A stretch of DNA of 64,000 nt from sequence record NC_019411.1. The stretch is one strand, 5' to 3'. The notes below the pieces were generated by a model. It had not been told where the DNA came from. It saw nothing but the letters and a program-made list of their open reading frames with translations, and searched no databases. Every line of letters begins with the position of its first letter. Position 1 is the first letter of the stretch. Below, piece after piece: positions 25,428-34,425 of this stretch. Position numbers and translations under genes: made by a program.

Positions 25428-25744
25428 CGGCGGTTGTTCTCCAGGTCCCAGATGCGGTTGCGAAGGTGACGAATGGTCTCTTCCAGGTCACGGACCTTGC
25501 GATAATGCTGATCCTCGGTTTCCTGGGTGTCGCGCCTGTAGCGCCGCTCGCGCTCGTCCATCTCCGTCCGGAGCGGATTGGGGATCACGTCATGACCGTG
25601 GGCCATGCCGTAGTTCTCGAACGAGCCCTCGATCCCTTCGGCGATGCTCCGGCGCTTTTCCAGCGGGATGCCGTTCCAGAGGTCGAAGAGACCTTCGCCG
25701 TCGAACGAGGCGTCCAGGCTTTCGAGCCAGTAGTCAGTCGCCAT
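25424..25744 (-). CDS. Hypothetical protein
   Basis: Coupled ORF. Confidence 0.7.
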   Translation of the reverse strand: MATDYWLESLDASFDGEGLFDLWNGIPLEKRRSIAEGIEGSFENYGMAHGHDVIPNPLRTEMDERERRYRRDTQETEDQHYRKVRDLEETIRHLRNRIWDLENNRR

Positions 25745-26117
25745 GATGCCCGCCCTCCCCGGCCCGGACGCATTGGATCGGGCCTCCGTCGCCCTCTTCG
25801 GTGTAGCGCACGAGACTGCCGGCCTTGATCAGCATCTGGACCGTCTCGTCGCTGACCGTGACGTCGCGCCCCGGCGGGCTCCAGGAGCGGCCGTCATCCA
25901 TCAGGATCAGACCTTCGCGCCGGATCGCCAGGGACATCGCCTGGGCCGCGCGCTGGGCGGCGCTGGTCGCGCCCTCGACCAGGACCTTGAGGTCCTCGAT
26001 CGGGAAGCACTCCAGGAACCGAGTGCGGACCTCCAGGCGCTCGGCCGGCGGCAGGCGCATGATGTCGCCCACCAGGATGTCGGCGTACTCCTCGGCGGTC
26101 TTGGGGGCGTCGGTCAT
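25734..26117 (-). CDS. Hypothetical protein
   Basis: Coupled ORF. Confidence 0.7.
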   Translation of the reverse strand: MTDAPKTAEEYADILVGDIMRLPPAERLEVRTRFLECFPIEDLKVLVEGATSAAQRAAQAMSLAIRREGLILMDDGRSWSPPGRDVTVSDETVQMLIKAGSLVRYTEEGDGGPIQCVRAGEGGHHGD

Positions 26118-26371
26118 GACTTGAGGCTCTGGCAGGCGAACGTGATCACGTCGCCGAGGGTGTTGAAATCCTCGGGGAACTGGACCGGCTCAGGGACGGC
26201 GAAGTCCTCCTCCAGGCACATCATCAACTCGATGATGTCCAGGCTGTCGAGGCCCAGATCATCTTCCAGCCGTAGCCCCTCGTCCATATCGTCGAGGGTG
26301 TACGACCGGTCGGTGATCGCATGGGCGTAGTCGAAGGTCGCCGCCTTGATCTCGTCGCGCGTGAAGGTCAC
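26114..26371 (-). CDS. acpP: Acyl carrier protein-like protein
   Basis: 85 aa, acidic; L.EDDLGLDSLDIIELMMCLEEDF...F.TLGDVI matches ACP incl. phosphopantetheine Ser in DSL. Confidence 0.85.
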   Translation of the reverse strand: MTFTRDEIKAATFDYAHAITDRSYTLDDMDEGLRLEDDLGLDSLDIIELMMCLEEDFAVPEPVQFPEDFNTLGDVITFACQSLKS

Positions 26372-27102
26372 GGCTCTCCCCCTGGTGTCGTTTCGGCGCT
26401 TCTAGCCCTCCCAAGCAGAGCCGTCAACACATCAGCGCCACGCCAGACCCAGGATAGGCTCAGGATGAGGTCGCGGTCCTCGTAGGCGGCGCTGCGCCCG
26501 GTGATCACCTTGATCGCCGAGAGCGGGCCAAACCGCCAGAAGATGACCGTGCGCGAGTCGTTACGGCCCGGCAGATGCTCCAGCAGCACGCGGCGCTTGA
26601 TCGCCAAATGTCGCTGCTCCCTGTGGAGGACGAGCGCGACCTTGCGCGTCGGGTCAGACCCGAACCACCGGCGCCAGTAGCCCGGATTGTCGATGTTGTC
26701 GAACAGCCGGCCGATCCGCTTGCTGACGGGGCGAAGCCCAGGCTCGCGCCGGCGCACGCTCAGCGGCGGAAAGGTGCAAGGCGGCCACTCCGGAAGCAGG
26801 CGCAGGCGCAGCCTCCGGAATTCCCACGCCGGCATGGCGTTGTCCTTGGTGTTGTTGCACGCCACGCAGGCCGCCGCCAGATTGCTCTCGTGGTTCGATC
26901 CGCCCTCGGCCCTAGCCTCCAGGTGCTCGATCGTCACCTCGTCGGGCTCCAGCTTGCCACCGCCCCGGCCGATCCGCCGGCGATAGGCCATCTGCCCCGT
27001 GCAATAGGTGCAGAGGCCACCCGCCTCCAGGAAGAGGCGGTGGCGGCGGTTCGGCGCGGCGGGCGGTAGCGGGTCCTGGACCAGCACCTCAGATGAGGAC
27101 AT
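26368..27102 (-). CDS. HNH endonuclease
   Basis: CTYC...TIEHL..R..GGSN..SNLAAAC..CN..K. Confidence 0.85.
   Translation of the reverse strand: MSSSEVLVQDPLPPAAPNRRHRLFLEAGGLCTYCTGQMAYRRRIGRGGGKLEPDEVTIEHLEARAEGGSNHESNLAAACVACNNTKDNAMPAWEFRRLRLRLLPEWPPCTFPPLSVRRREPGLRPVSKRIGRLFDNIDNPGYWRRWFGSDPTRKVALVLHREQRHLAIKRRVLLEHLPGRNDSRTVIFWRFGPLSAIKVITGRSAAYEDRDLILSLSWVWRGADVLTALLGRARSAETTPGGEP
26376..26441 (-). promoter_or_regulatory. Promoter cassette P10 (ACP), inside HNH 3' end
   Basis: GTGGC-9-TTGACG-17-TAGAAG-ACGACACC-GGGGGAG-GTG. Confidence 0.75.
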
Positions 27103-27535
27103 AGCCGTCCTTGCCGTTGTCGAAGATCAGATCGGAGAAGCGCAGCGTCTCCAGGGCGGTGTTGAAGGCCGCCTCGGAGCCACCCACCCGCGCCCAGACC
27201 GTGCGTCCGCCCATGACGACATGGAAGAGGTCCGGCGCCGTCTGGGAGCGCACCACCGAGGCGGCGTTGTCGACCAGCACCCGATAGGCCGCGCCGGCGA
27301 CCGTCAGGCGGTCGCGCGTGTCGAGCAGGCCCAGACCCCGCAGGTCGGCGAGATAGTCGCTCAGCCCCTGCACCGTGACGCCGGCCGCCAGGGCAAGCGT
27401 GGTCGGGTTGGTGTTGGCGCCCAAGGCCTTAAGGACCTCGACCCGGCGCAGGATCGCCTCCTCGCGGGTCTCGACCTCGATCTGGTCGTCGGTCTTCTGG
27501 GCGCCCTGAATGGTCTTGCGCAGCGGTTGCAGCAT
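27089..27535 (-). CDS. Winged-helix-like protein
   Basis: TLALAAGVT...LSDYLADLRGLGLL...LT.AG. Confidence 0.6.
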   Translation of the reverse strand: MLQPLRKTIQGAQKTDDQIEVETREEAILRRVEVLKALGANTNPTTLALAAGVTVQGLSDYLADLRGLGLLDTRDRLTVAGAAYRVLVDNAASVVRSQTAPDLFHVVMGGRTVWARVGGSEAAFNTALETLRFSDLIFDNGKDGYVLI

Positions 27536-27544
27536 GGTCGATCC

Positions 27545-27928
27545 TTAACGAATGAGGCTCCAGGCCTCTTGGGTTTTGCCGTAGGGTTCGGGGAAGATAT
27601 AGCCCCGGTGGTGGAGGTCGGCCAAGATCGCCTCGGTGTGCGGAAGGTAGGCCTCTTCGCTCCCGGTATAGGGCGTCTCCTGGTTCCTGGCTCGCCAGAA
27701 GAGGCGGTGGTTCAGCCGCAGAGCCGTGCGCTCGAACGCTCGGCGCGGATTGATCTCGCAGGCCAGGATGTGGCAAATCCAGCCCGCCTCGGTGTGGCGC
27801 ACCCGCCCGCCCTGCAAGGCGAAGAAGCCCTCGTCCTTAAGCGCCATGAACTCCGCCTGGAGTTCCGGCAGGAAGCGCACGAGGCGCCCGAACGCGTCAT
27901 GGAAGACGACGACGCGGCGATCATACAT
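27545..27928 (-). CDS. Hypothetical protein
   Basis: Coupled ORF. Confidence 0.7.
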   Translation of the reverse strand: MYDRRVVVFHDAFGRLVRFLPELQAEFMALKDEGFFALQGGRVRHTEAGWICHILACEINPRRAFERTALRLNHRLFWRARNQETPYTGSEEAYLPHTEAILADLHHRGYIFPEPYGKTQEAWSLIR

Positions 27929-28280
27929 CGGCTTGATAGCCCAGGAACGGGCGCAGAAAGCCCATCAGGTCCTTGTCGATGCGGATCGCCTTGAGTTCCG
28001 AGCAGCGGGCGTTCTCGGCGACGGTGCGCAGCCACTTCGCCCGCTCGTAATAGGTCGGGGCATGATCCCACCAGCGATAGCTGCTCTGGCGGATAGCCTC
28101 GGCTTCCTTCTCGGTCGGCGGGCGTCGCTTGAAACGCCACCACGGCCCGTCCTGGACGGTGTCCACCGTCATGATCTTGGCCAGGGTCTCGTTGCGGGTC
28201 GCATCGCCCAAGGCCTGCGCTTCCTCGGCCGCCTTGAGAGCGGCTTCGAGCAGGACGAGGCGATCGACTTCGGCGGACAT
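27921..28280 (-). CDS. Hypothetical protein (MSAEVDRL...)
   Basis: Trimmed start. Confidence 0.7.
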   Translation of the reverse strand: MSAEVDRLVLLEAALKAAEEAQALGDATRNETLAKIMTVDTVQDGPWWRFKRRPPTEKEAEAIRQSSYRWWDHAPTYYERAKWLRTVAENARCSELKAIRIDKDLMGFLRPFLGYQADV

Positions 28281-28282
28281 GC

Positions 28283-28552
28283 TCACTTCAGCTTCTCCCC
28301 AATATAGACGTCCAGGAACCGCGCTTGCGCATCTTGGTCCTGGAACATCCAGATCGCGTACTTGGTGCGCGGGAACGGCTGGCGGAAGAACTCCACCGGG
28401 CCAAGGAGGTCCTTGGCGCCGTGCGGCGTCGGCGCGACCAGCGGCGTCTTGACCACGAACGGGAAGCGTTCGAGGCGCTTGATCACCGCCATCGAACAGT
28501 CGCGCTCGCGCGTCGTCTTTTCGGGCAGGTCGCGGGTCCAGGTCGTGGTCAT
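28283..28552 (-). CDS. Hypothetical protein
   Basis: TGATG coupling. Confidence 0.7.
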   Translation of the reverse strand: MTTTWTRDLPEKTTRERDCSMAVIKRLERFPFVVKTPLVAPTPHGAKDLLGPVEFFRQPFPRTKYAIWMFQDQDAQARFLDVYIGEKLK

Positions 28553-28851
28553 CAGGCTTGCACCTCGAAGGCGTTGATCTTGTGGGCGTCATACCACCAG
28601 CGCCGGCCCTGACAGGCCTTGCAGGTGACGTCGTCCCAGCCCTCGGCGAAGGCGAGGGGCTTGAGGGTATGGGCCGGCACCGTCTTGATCGTCGAGCGCA
28701 CCCCGCCGTTCTTCAGGTAGGCGGTGCGGCCATGGACCGTCTCGGGCACGGCGATCGTCTTGTCCGGCGACCAGCGATTGCAGACCGTGTAGCGCCCTTC
28801 GCCGCCGTTGCGGAACGGGCGCGGGGCATGGGCGGTGGCGGGCTTAGACAC
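28552..28851 (-). CDS. Hypothetical protein with CxxC
   Basis: VTCKAC. Confidence 0.65.
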   Translation of the reverse strand: MSKPATAHAPRPFRNGGEGRYTVCNRWSPDKTIAVPETVHGRTAYLKNGGVRSTIKTVPAHTLKPLAFAEGWDDVTCKACQGRRWWYDAHKINAFEVQA

Positions 28852-29002
28852 GGGCCTTCTCCGAGGTCCGGATGATCAGGGCGACCAGCAGGATCGCGAT
28901 GATCACCGCCGTCGTCATCGGGGGCTGGCGATTGTAGCCGTCGATGAAGCCAAGCACGGTCCCCGCCAGCATCGCCGCCCCATAGGCGCTCCAGAACTTC
29001 AA
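28844..29002 (-). CDS. Small membrane protein (TTG start)
   Basis: TTGA overlap; two hydrophobic segments. Confidence 0.6.
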   Translation of the reverse strand: MKFWSAYGAAMLAGTVLGFIDGYNRQPPMTTAVIIAILLVALIIRTSEKARV

Positions 29003-29586
29003 GCCTCGATCTCCTCGAACCGCCCATCCATGAATTCGGCCTCGCGCCGCCCCCACATCTGGCCCTCGGCATCGAGGTAGGTCAGCAGGGTCTCGTCATC
29101 GAGCACCGGGGTCTCGCACTGGATGCGGATCGTCCCGACCAGGGCGTATTCGCCGCCGCGCTTCTTGTGGCGGAAGCGCCGCATGCCGCGCGGAAGCTCC
29201 GCCAGGAAGGCCTTCAGGGCGTCCGCCACCTTGGCGACGCCGTGCGGGAAGTGCGAGCCCGGCCCGCGCACCCATTGATAGATCGTCGCCAGGGCGAAGC
29301 GCCCGGCGGCGATCTCGCCCGTGGGGTCCTTGCGGATCATGTCCGGCGCGTAGTCTTCGAGATAGTTCGTTCCGAGGATCGCCATGCAGCGGGCCTCCTC
29401 CACCGAGGTCGGCAGACGCAGGTGATCGCGATCCAGGCGGTCGGCCTCGGCGAGCGACTTGATCACCCCGACCAGGATCGCCGCCTTCTCGGCGTGCCAC
29501 TGCCGGCCACCGGGCTCTGCGGCGCGCTCGGCGTGGTAGAGGTGGTAGTCCAGTATCTCGTGGACGTCTTCGCTCTGGCGGGACAT
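28999..29586 (-). CDS. Hypothetical protein with C-terminal DUF1653-like segment
   Basis: RRFRHKKRGGEY.LVG...TY...WGR...EF.DGRF. Confidence 0.7.
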   Translation of the reverse strand: MSRQSEDVHEILDYHLYHAERAAEPGGRQWHAEKAAILVGVIKSLAEADRLDRDHLRLPTSVEEARCMAILGTNYLEDYAPDMIRKDPTGEIAAGRFALATIYQWVRGPGSHFPHGVAKVADALKAFLAELPRGMRRFRHKKRGGEYALVGTIRIQCETPVLDDETLLTYLDAEGQMWGRREAEFMDGRFEEIEA

Positions 29587-29591
29587 AAGGT

Positions 29592-29647
29592 TCCTTCCGT
29601 TGTCGTCACCCGCGACACTAGATGGTCGCGGGTGCGCGTGTCAACAC
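29592..29647 (-). promoter_or_regulatory. Promoter cassette P11
   Basis: GTG-TTGACA-18-TAGTGT-7-GACGACAACGGAAGGAA-ATG; -10 sits in the loop of a 10-bp IR. Confidence 0.85.
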
Positions 29648-29648
29648 T

Positions 29649-30164
29649 TCACGTCAGAGCTAGACGGCGACGATAGAACAGGCGCCGGCCGTTGAAGAAC
29701 AGACGGATGCGGAATTCCTCGTCGAGGGTCCCGATGTCGAGGCTAAAGCCCAGGAGGCCCAGGCTGACATAGGCATGGCGCCCGAAGCTCCCCGGAATGG
29801 CGTCCATGCCGCCGGCGACGAACCGGATGAGCCAGAGCCAGCCCAGGTCGAATCGCTTGAAGCCCTGCCATTCGATCGAGCGCCAGGAGAAGCCGCCGCC
29901 CAGCAGGGTGATGTCGATGTCCAGGTTCCAGCCGTCGGCCAGCGGATCGCGGCGGCGGTGGTAGCGCAGGCGCAAGAAGCCGCCGTCGAGGTCGAAGTTC
30001 GGGATCACGCCCAAGGCCAGACGGCGCAGACGCGCCAGAACGTAGCCGACCGGGAAGATCACCAGGGCGTAGAGACTCAGGAGGAAGACCAGGGCCACGG
30101 CGCACCACAGGCCATGCCAGAAGAACCCGAGCATCATCCCAAGCTTTGGCGAATGGTCAGGCAT
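29649..30164 (-). CDS. Membrane-anchored hypothetical protein
   Basis: N-terminal hydrophobic helix, aromatic-rich C-terminus. Confidence 0.65.
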   Translation of the reverse strand: MPDHSPKLGMMLGFFWHGLWCAVALVFLLSLYALVIFPVGYVLARLRRLALGVIPNFDLDGGFLRLRYHRRRDPLADGWNLDIDITLLGGGFSWRSIEWQGFKRFDLGWLWLIRFVAGGMDAIPGSFGRHAYVSLGLLGFSLDIGTLDEEFRIRLFFNGRRLFYRRRLALT

Positions 30165-30166
30165 GG

Positions 30167-30805
30167 TCAGGTCCCCTTGGCGAAGTCACCGGCCCGGCCG
30201 ATGACATGGAAATAGGCGTAGGCCTCGCCGGGCGTGTGCCGGTCGCGATTATCGACGACCGGGAGGTCCTCGGCGTAGCGGGCGAACCACGCGGCCTTGC
30301 GCGCCGCCCAGGCGGCGGGGTCCTCGTCGTGATCCCAGCCGAACAGTCCGCGCCCATTTTCCCGACCCTTGCGCAGGTGGGCCACTGGCTGGTTGGTCCC
30401 GATGTAGCGGGTGTAGGCCTCGGGCGCTTCGCCGTGCTGGGTCGGGCGGCCGTCGCCATGGTGGTCGACGAAGGCCAGATCGTTTTTGGAGAGGTCCTGG
30501 GCGATCCAGCCGCGACGGTCCTTGACGAAGGGATCGACCAGGATGGTGATCTCGCGATAGATGTTCGCGCCGACGATCATGGCCCAGGCCTCGTTATCGG
30601 CACGTTCCTTGCCGCCATCGCGCAGGGAGATCAGGTAAGCGCAGCCGTCCTGGATGGACTTGCCCTCCAGGAGGGCCGCCCAGTTCATGCAGATGTCGCC
30701 CCACTTCTTGGCGGCCAGGACGTCCCAGGCGGTGCGCTGCTTGGCGTCGCGGTCATAGTAGACCTGGGCGGCGGCGCGCAGGTGGTCGGAGAAAGTCTGG
30801 GTCAT
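30167..30805 (-). CDS. Hypothetical protein
   Basis: ATGA overlap. Confidence 0.75.
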   Translation of the reverse strand: MTQTFSDHLRAAAQVYYDRDAKQRTAWDVLAAKKWGDICMNWAALLEGKSIQDGCAYLISLRDGGKERADNEAWAMIVGANIYREITILVDPFVKDRRGWIAQDLSKNDLAFVDHHGDGRPTQHGEAPEAYTRYIGTNQPVAHLRKGRENGRGLFGWDHDEDPAAWAARKAAWFARYAEDLPVVDNRDRHTPGEAYAYFHVIGRAGDFAKGT

Positions 30806-31452
30806 CGAGCCTCCTGCAAGCGATAGAGAATGTCGCGGGCCTTGTCCTCCTTGGCGAAGCGGCCTTTGATCGACTTGGCGCCGGCGGCCTCCTTGAGGAG
30901 CTTCGCCGCCGCGATGAGTTGTTCGGCTTCGGCCAGGAGTTTGGTCGACTGGGTCGTGTCGCCCCGCAAGGCCTGCTCCTCGATGACGTCGCCCGTGCGG
31001 ATGTCCACGATCCGGAACTTCGTCGGGTAGCCCGTCGAATCACAGGGGTCCTCGTTGACCATGTAGGTCAGCCATGCCCTGGCCTCCTTGAGGGAGGAAA
31101 TCGGCCCAGAGTGGTTGCCCCACCCGGCCTTATTATGCCCGTGACGAGGGCGGTAGGATTCGACCTGAAAGGTGGGGATTTCTCGGCCGTCCTCGGTCGC
31201 CTTCTCCCCCGCCATGGAGGCGGGGTAGACCACCAGACCCGTGCGGATGTCGATGACCCGCCAGGACCGGTCGTCCGTCTTGCCGACGCCGCAGTCGACG
31301 TCCAGGGCGGCTTCGGTCAGGTTGGGGAATTTGGAGTGGAGCTTCCACGTCCGCTCGGCGTCTGGAATCGACGCCCGGTTGCCGTAGTAACGGTTGTTCG
31401 GAAGGGGATAGAACCCCTGGAGCCAGAACGGATCGTGAGCCTGGGCGCTCAA
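30802..31452 (-). CDS. Hypothetical protein with internal repeat (RVIDIRTG / RIVDIRTG)
   Basis: TTGA overlap; duplicated motif. Confidence 0.7.
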   Translation of the reverse strand: MSAQAHDPFWLQGFYPLPNNRYYGNRASIPDAERTWKLHSKFPNLTEAALDVDCGVGKTDDRSWRVIDIRTGLVVYPASMAGEKATEDGREIPTFQVESYRPRHGHNKAGWGNHSGPISSLKEARAWLTYMVNEDPCDSTGYPTKFRIVDIRTGDVIEEQALRGDTTQSTKLLAEAEQLIAAAKLLKEAAGAKSIKGRFAKEDKARDILYRLQEAR

Positions 31453-31739
31453 CGGTGATCCTCGCGCTTGAAGCGGCCGTTCTCGTCATAGCGATCGGGA
31501 TTGGCGCCGGGGGCGTGGAAGCCCGCCATCGAGCCGATCTCCATGGCCGCGCGCTGCGCCGGCGTGACGCCCATGCGCTGGTTCATGGCGGTGACGGCGG
31601 CCTCGCCCTGGACCCCGTAGTCGGTCGCGTAGTAGCCGGTCTCATCCTTCTTCAGGATGACCGTCTCGCCCGTCTCGATGTTGATCGAGTAGCAGAGGTC
31701 GGGCAGGGCCGCGAGATTGATCTGGCGTTGGGTCAGCAT
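31449..31739 (-). CDS. Conserved mobile-element hypothetical
   Basis: LPDLCY...TGE...ETGYY...N.RMGVT..Q..AM..GSM.G...PGA.P..YDENG. Confidence 0.75.
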   Translation of the reverse strand: MLTQRQINLAALPDLCYSINIETGETVILKKDETGYYATDYGVQGEAAVTAMNQRMGVTPAQRAAMEIGSMAGFHAPGANPDRYDENGRFKREDHR

Positions 31740-31744
31740 GGAGG

Positions 31745-31811
31745 CCTCCTTGTTGTCGTCGAGGATGGCTTCTAGCCGGCCCAGGTCACGTTGTCAACAC
31801 TCGACAGCCAA
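31745..31811 (-). promoter_or_regulatory. Promoter cassette P12
   Basis: TTGGC-9-TTGACA-17-TAGAAG-8-GACGACAACAAGGAGG-ATG. Confidence 0.9.
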
Positions 31812-32114
31812 GTAGACGTTGCGGCGCGGCTCATAGGGGAGATCGTTGGCGATCGCCATCAGCCAGCCGGCGTGGCAGCGCTTGGGAGCGCAGTGGCAGA
31901 CGAGATGGAAGCCCTTGAAGTTGGCCTTGACCCAGGCGACGAACGCCTCGTCCTTGGACTTCAGGGCGATGTACTTGTCGATCACTGTGTCGCGATCGCC
32001 ATCCTGACCGATGCGGAACTCGTTGCCCGCCGGGGTCCCCCGGCCGACGTACTTGGACATCGGCGGGAGATGGCCTGGGAACTCGCTTCGGCTGAGAACG
32101 CGCAGTTCGATCAT
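31794..32114 (-). CDS. DUF4326 family protein
   Basis: YVGRGTP.GN.F.IG.DGDRD.VI.KY...L.CHCAPK.CH..L..IAN. Confidence 0.85.
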   Translation of the reverse strand: MIELRVLSRSEFPGHLPPMSKYVGRGTPAGNEFRIGQDGDRDTVIDKYIALKSKDEAFVAWVKANFKGFHLVCHCAPKRCHAGWLMAIANDLPYEPRRNVYLAVEC

Positions 32115-32755
32115 GCCGCCCGGCTCTCCACGTAGTCGGCGAGGATCGCCAGGGTGTCCTCGGCCGAGGTGTGGAGGATCGAGAAGCCCCCAGCCCGGTT
32201 CCAGGCCACGCAGTTGGCGACGCGGTCGTCGATCAGGATTTGGTGGTCGGAGTGCTTGCGGTGCATGAATTCCTGCTTCTTGGCCGAGGTCGTGCAGATG
32301 AAGCGGTGGTCCTCGATCCGGATGCGATCGGGCACCATGCCGGCCACGGCCTCGTCCCCGGAGAACATCTTGGAGAACGCCTCGGGCAGAAGCGTCTCCT
32401 CGATCCAGCGCCGCTTGCCATAGGCCGCGCCCAGCCAGTAGGGGTGGATCAGGAAGTCCTCGTCCGTCGCCCCGAACTTGGGCGAGGCGGTCAGGATGAT
32501 CGGATCGGCCTCGAACACCGCCGTGTAGAGGTCGACGGCGCCGGGCATGAACGGCAGGGTCTCGAAGAAGTTCGTGCCCTCGATCTTGCGGTACATCCCC
32601 TGCTTCCAGAGGTTGGCTTCGTCGTCCATCGCGTGGCTCGACTTGTTGTACTCGGGATCGGGCTCGAACCCGAGCCGGCGGATGCCCGCGTCGAAATCGG
32701 CCAGGACGCCGTCCATGTCGAGATAGATGGCGAAGTTCTTCAGGTTCATGGTCAC
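32111..32755 (-). CDS. 5'(3')-deoxyribonucleotidase (HAD/NT5C family)
   Basis: IYLDMDGVLADF, FF..L..MPGA, ILTA, K..W, ILIDDR..N...W...GG..ILH. Confidence 0.85.
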   Translation of the reverse strand: MTMNLKNFAIYLDMDGVLADFDAGIRRLGFEPDPEYNKSSHAMDDEANLWKQGMYRKIEGTNFFETLPFMPGAVDLYTAVFEADPIILTASPKFGATDEDFLIHPYWLGAAYGKRRWIEETLLPEAFSKMFSGDEAVAGMVPDRIRIEDHRFICTTSAKKQEFMHRKHSDHQILIDDRVANCVAWNRAGGFSILHTSAEDTLAILADYVESRAA

Positions 32756-32952
32756 TCCGGAAATTGCGCGTGCAGCCCCATGGCGATGCGCGCCAGTTCG
32801 TAGGCGGTCTTGGTCTCCAACTCGCGGGTCGGCGTGCGCTCGATCTTGAGTTGGTCGCTCATCATGTGGATGGCGTGGATGATGTCGCTCTTGCGCCTCT
32901 TCTCGTAGTAGCGGTGCGACGCGGTGGCGCGGATTTCGACGATCGCCATCAC
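32752..32952 (-). CDS. Hypothetical protein
   Basis: Coupled ORF. Confidence 0.65.
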   Translation of the reverse strand: MMAIVEIRATASHRYYEKRRKSDIIHAIHMMSDQLKIERTPTRELETKTAYELARIAMGLHAQFPE

Positions 32953-33311
32953 AGGGCTCCCGCGCAGGCCAGAGCCATCGCCCAGCCGCGCTCGGTCGGC
33001 TCGAAGCGGGCGATCGGCCCCTTGACGTTCGGATCGTCGGAGAAATGCGGGTCGAGCCAGCCCTTGTTGGCGTGGATCACCTCGTCGAGCGAGCGCGCCT
33101 CATAGACCAGGATTTTGCGGCCCTCGTAGTTGAGGGCGTCGGGGTACATGATCTCGACCACCGTGCAGCGGCCGACCTCCTGGCCCCGGATGAGCCTCCA
33201 GCGCGCCGGGTCGGGATCGCCCGGCGTCAGCGTCACGGGAGACTGCCCGCCGGAGAAAAGCCGCATCTTGCTGGGCTCACGCGCCGAGCGTCCGGTCGAG
33301 AACAATCGCAT
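32949..33311 (-). CDS. Hypothetical protein (MRLFS duplicated at N-terminus)
   Basis: Two in-frame MRLFS starts 45 nt apart. Confidence 0.65.
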   Translation of the reverse strand: MRLFSTGRSAREPSKMRLFSGGQSPVTLTPGDPDPARWRLIRGQEVGRCTVVEIMYPDALNYEGRKILVYEARSLDEVIHANKGWLDPHFSDDPNVKGPIARFEPTERGWAMALACAGAL

Positions 33312-33318
33312 CCCCACC

Positions 33319-33705
33319 CTAGTCTCCCAGGCCCTGCATGGCGTTGTCGCGACTGTCCTCGGCGTCGGGCCGAGACGCCAGGGCCGCCAGAAGGTCAACC
33401 GAGAGGTGGCGGTTGTAGATCGCCACGCCCTTATACTTGAAAAGCTCGCTGGCCTCGTGAATCAGCGCCCGCTCAACCGCCGCCCAGGCCGTCTGGACGA
33501 TCTCGGTGTCGGTGGCGTAGTAGGAGAGCTTCCACTTGCGCCCCTTCCACATCTCCGGCTCGCCGGTGACGGTGTTGACCCCGTCCTTGCAGACGATCTG
33601 GAGCCAGACCTCCGTGCGGCTGGTCCCGAGTCGGAACTCGAAGCCAGGATAGCTCAGGCGGTCGACGATGGTGCGGATCGATTGGGCGCTGCGACGATTC
33701 GCCAT
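33319..33705 (-). CDS. Conserved phage hypothetical
   Basis: W.GRKW.LS...T..EIVQTA..A......HEA.E.FKYKG..IY. Confidence 0.75.
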   Translation of the reverse strand: MANRRSAQSIRTIVDRLSYPGFEFRLGTSRTEVWLQIVCKDGVNTVTGEPEMWKGRKWKLSYYATDTEIVQTAWAAVERALIHEASELFKYKGVAIYNRHLSVDLLAALASRPDAEDSRDNAMQGLGD

Positions 33706-33707
33706 GC

Positions 33708-34169
33708 TCAGGGCCTCGACTTGATCAGCTTCTTCTTGCGTCGGGGCGGGCGCGGCGCGAGCGGGAAGCCGTGATCCGCGTACACGGGTTCGGGCGGCGG
33801 GGCGGGGAGGTCCGCCGGGCGTTCCAGGCTAAAGGCGTCCGCGTCGAGGTCGTAGATCGACACCCGATCGCTGTAGCCGTAGCGGTTGTCATGGTAGGTG
33901 ATCCCGACGTCTCCCAGGCTGGAGACCATGATCACCCGGCAGGCCTTGCCCTTGTAGCGGCCGTAGAGCTTCGGCATGAAGCCGGCCTCCTCGATCGCCA
34001 GGGTCTCGGTGGCGTTGCCGGCGTTCAGCGCCAGAAAGCCCCGCACGATGGCCGGCAGCTTGTAGTCGCAGATCGCGCGGCTGTTGCTGACCTCGTAGGG
34101 CATGCCGATCTTGCCCTCCATCAAGGCGCCCAGGACCTCGGCGTCGCTCAGGGTTTCAGTCTCGGCCAT
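33708..34169 (-). CDS. Hypothetical protein (MAETETLS...)
   Basis: Trimmed start. Confidence 0.7.
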   Translation of the reverse strand: MAETETLSDAEVLGALMEGKIGMPYEVSNSRAICDYKLPAIVRGFLALNAGNATETLAIEEAGFMPKLYGRYKGKACRVIMVSSLGDVGITYHDNRYGYSDRVSIYDLDADAFSLERPADLPAPPPEPVYADHGFPLAPRPPRRKKKLIKSRP

Positions 34170-34425
34170 AGGTGATCCTGTACGGGAGCCCGCCGACGCA
34201 GATTTTCCCGCGTCGGCCGTCGGCGGTGGTGAAGCGGAAGCCCTGGCGGCTCTTGGTGCCGGCGCAGGACCACCATGCGCGGTGGAAGCTGACGACCTCG
34301 ACGCCGGTGTCGCGCTCGACCAGATGTCGAGCATGACGTCCCTCCCAGGTGTAGGCCCAGACCCCGATGGCGAAGAAGACCAGAGTCAGGGAGCCATAGA
34401 CGGCCCCTTTGACATAGTCCTCCAT
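34156..34425 (-). CDS. Membrane-anchored hypothetical
   Basis: N-terminal TM helix; C..C pair. Confidence 0.65.
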   Translation of the reverse strand: MEDYVKGAVYGSLTLVFFAIGVWAYTWEGRHARHLVERDTGVEVVSFHRAWWSCAGTKSRQGFRFTTADGRRGKICVGGLPYRITYGRD

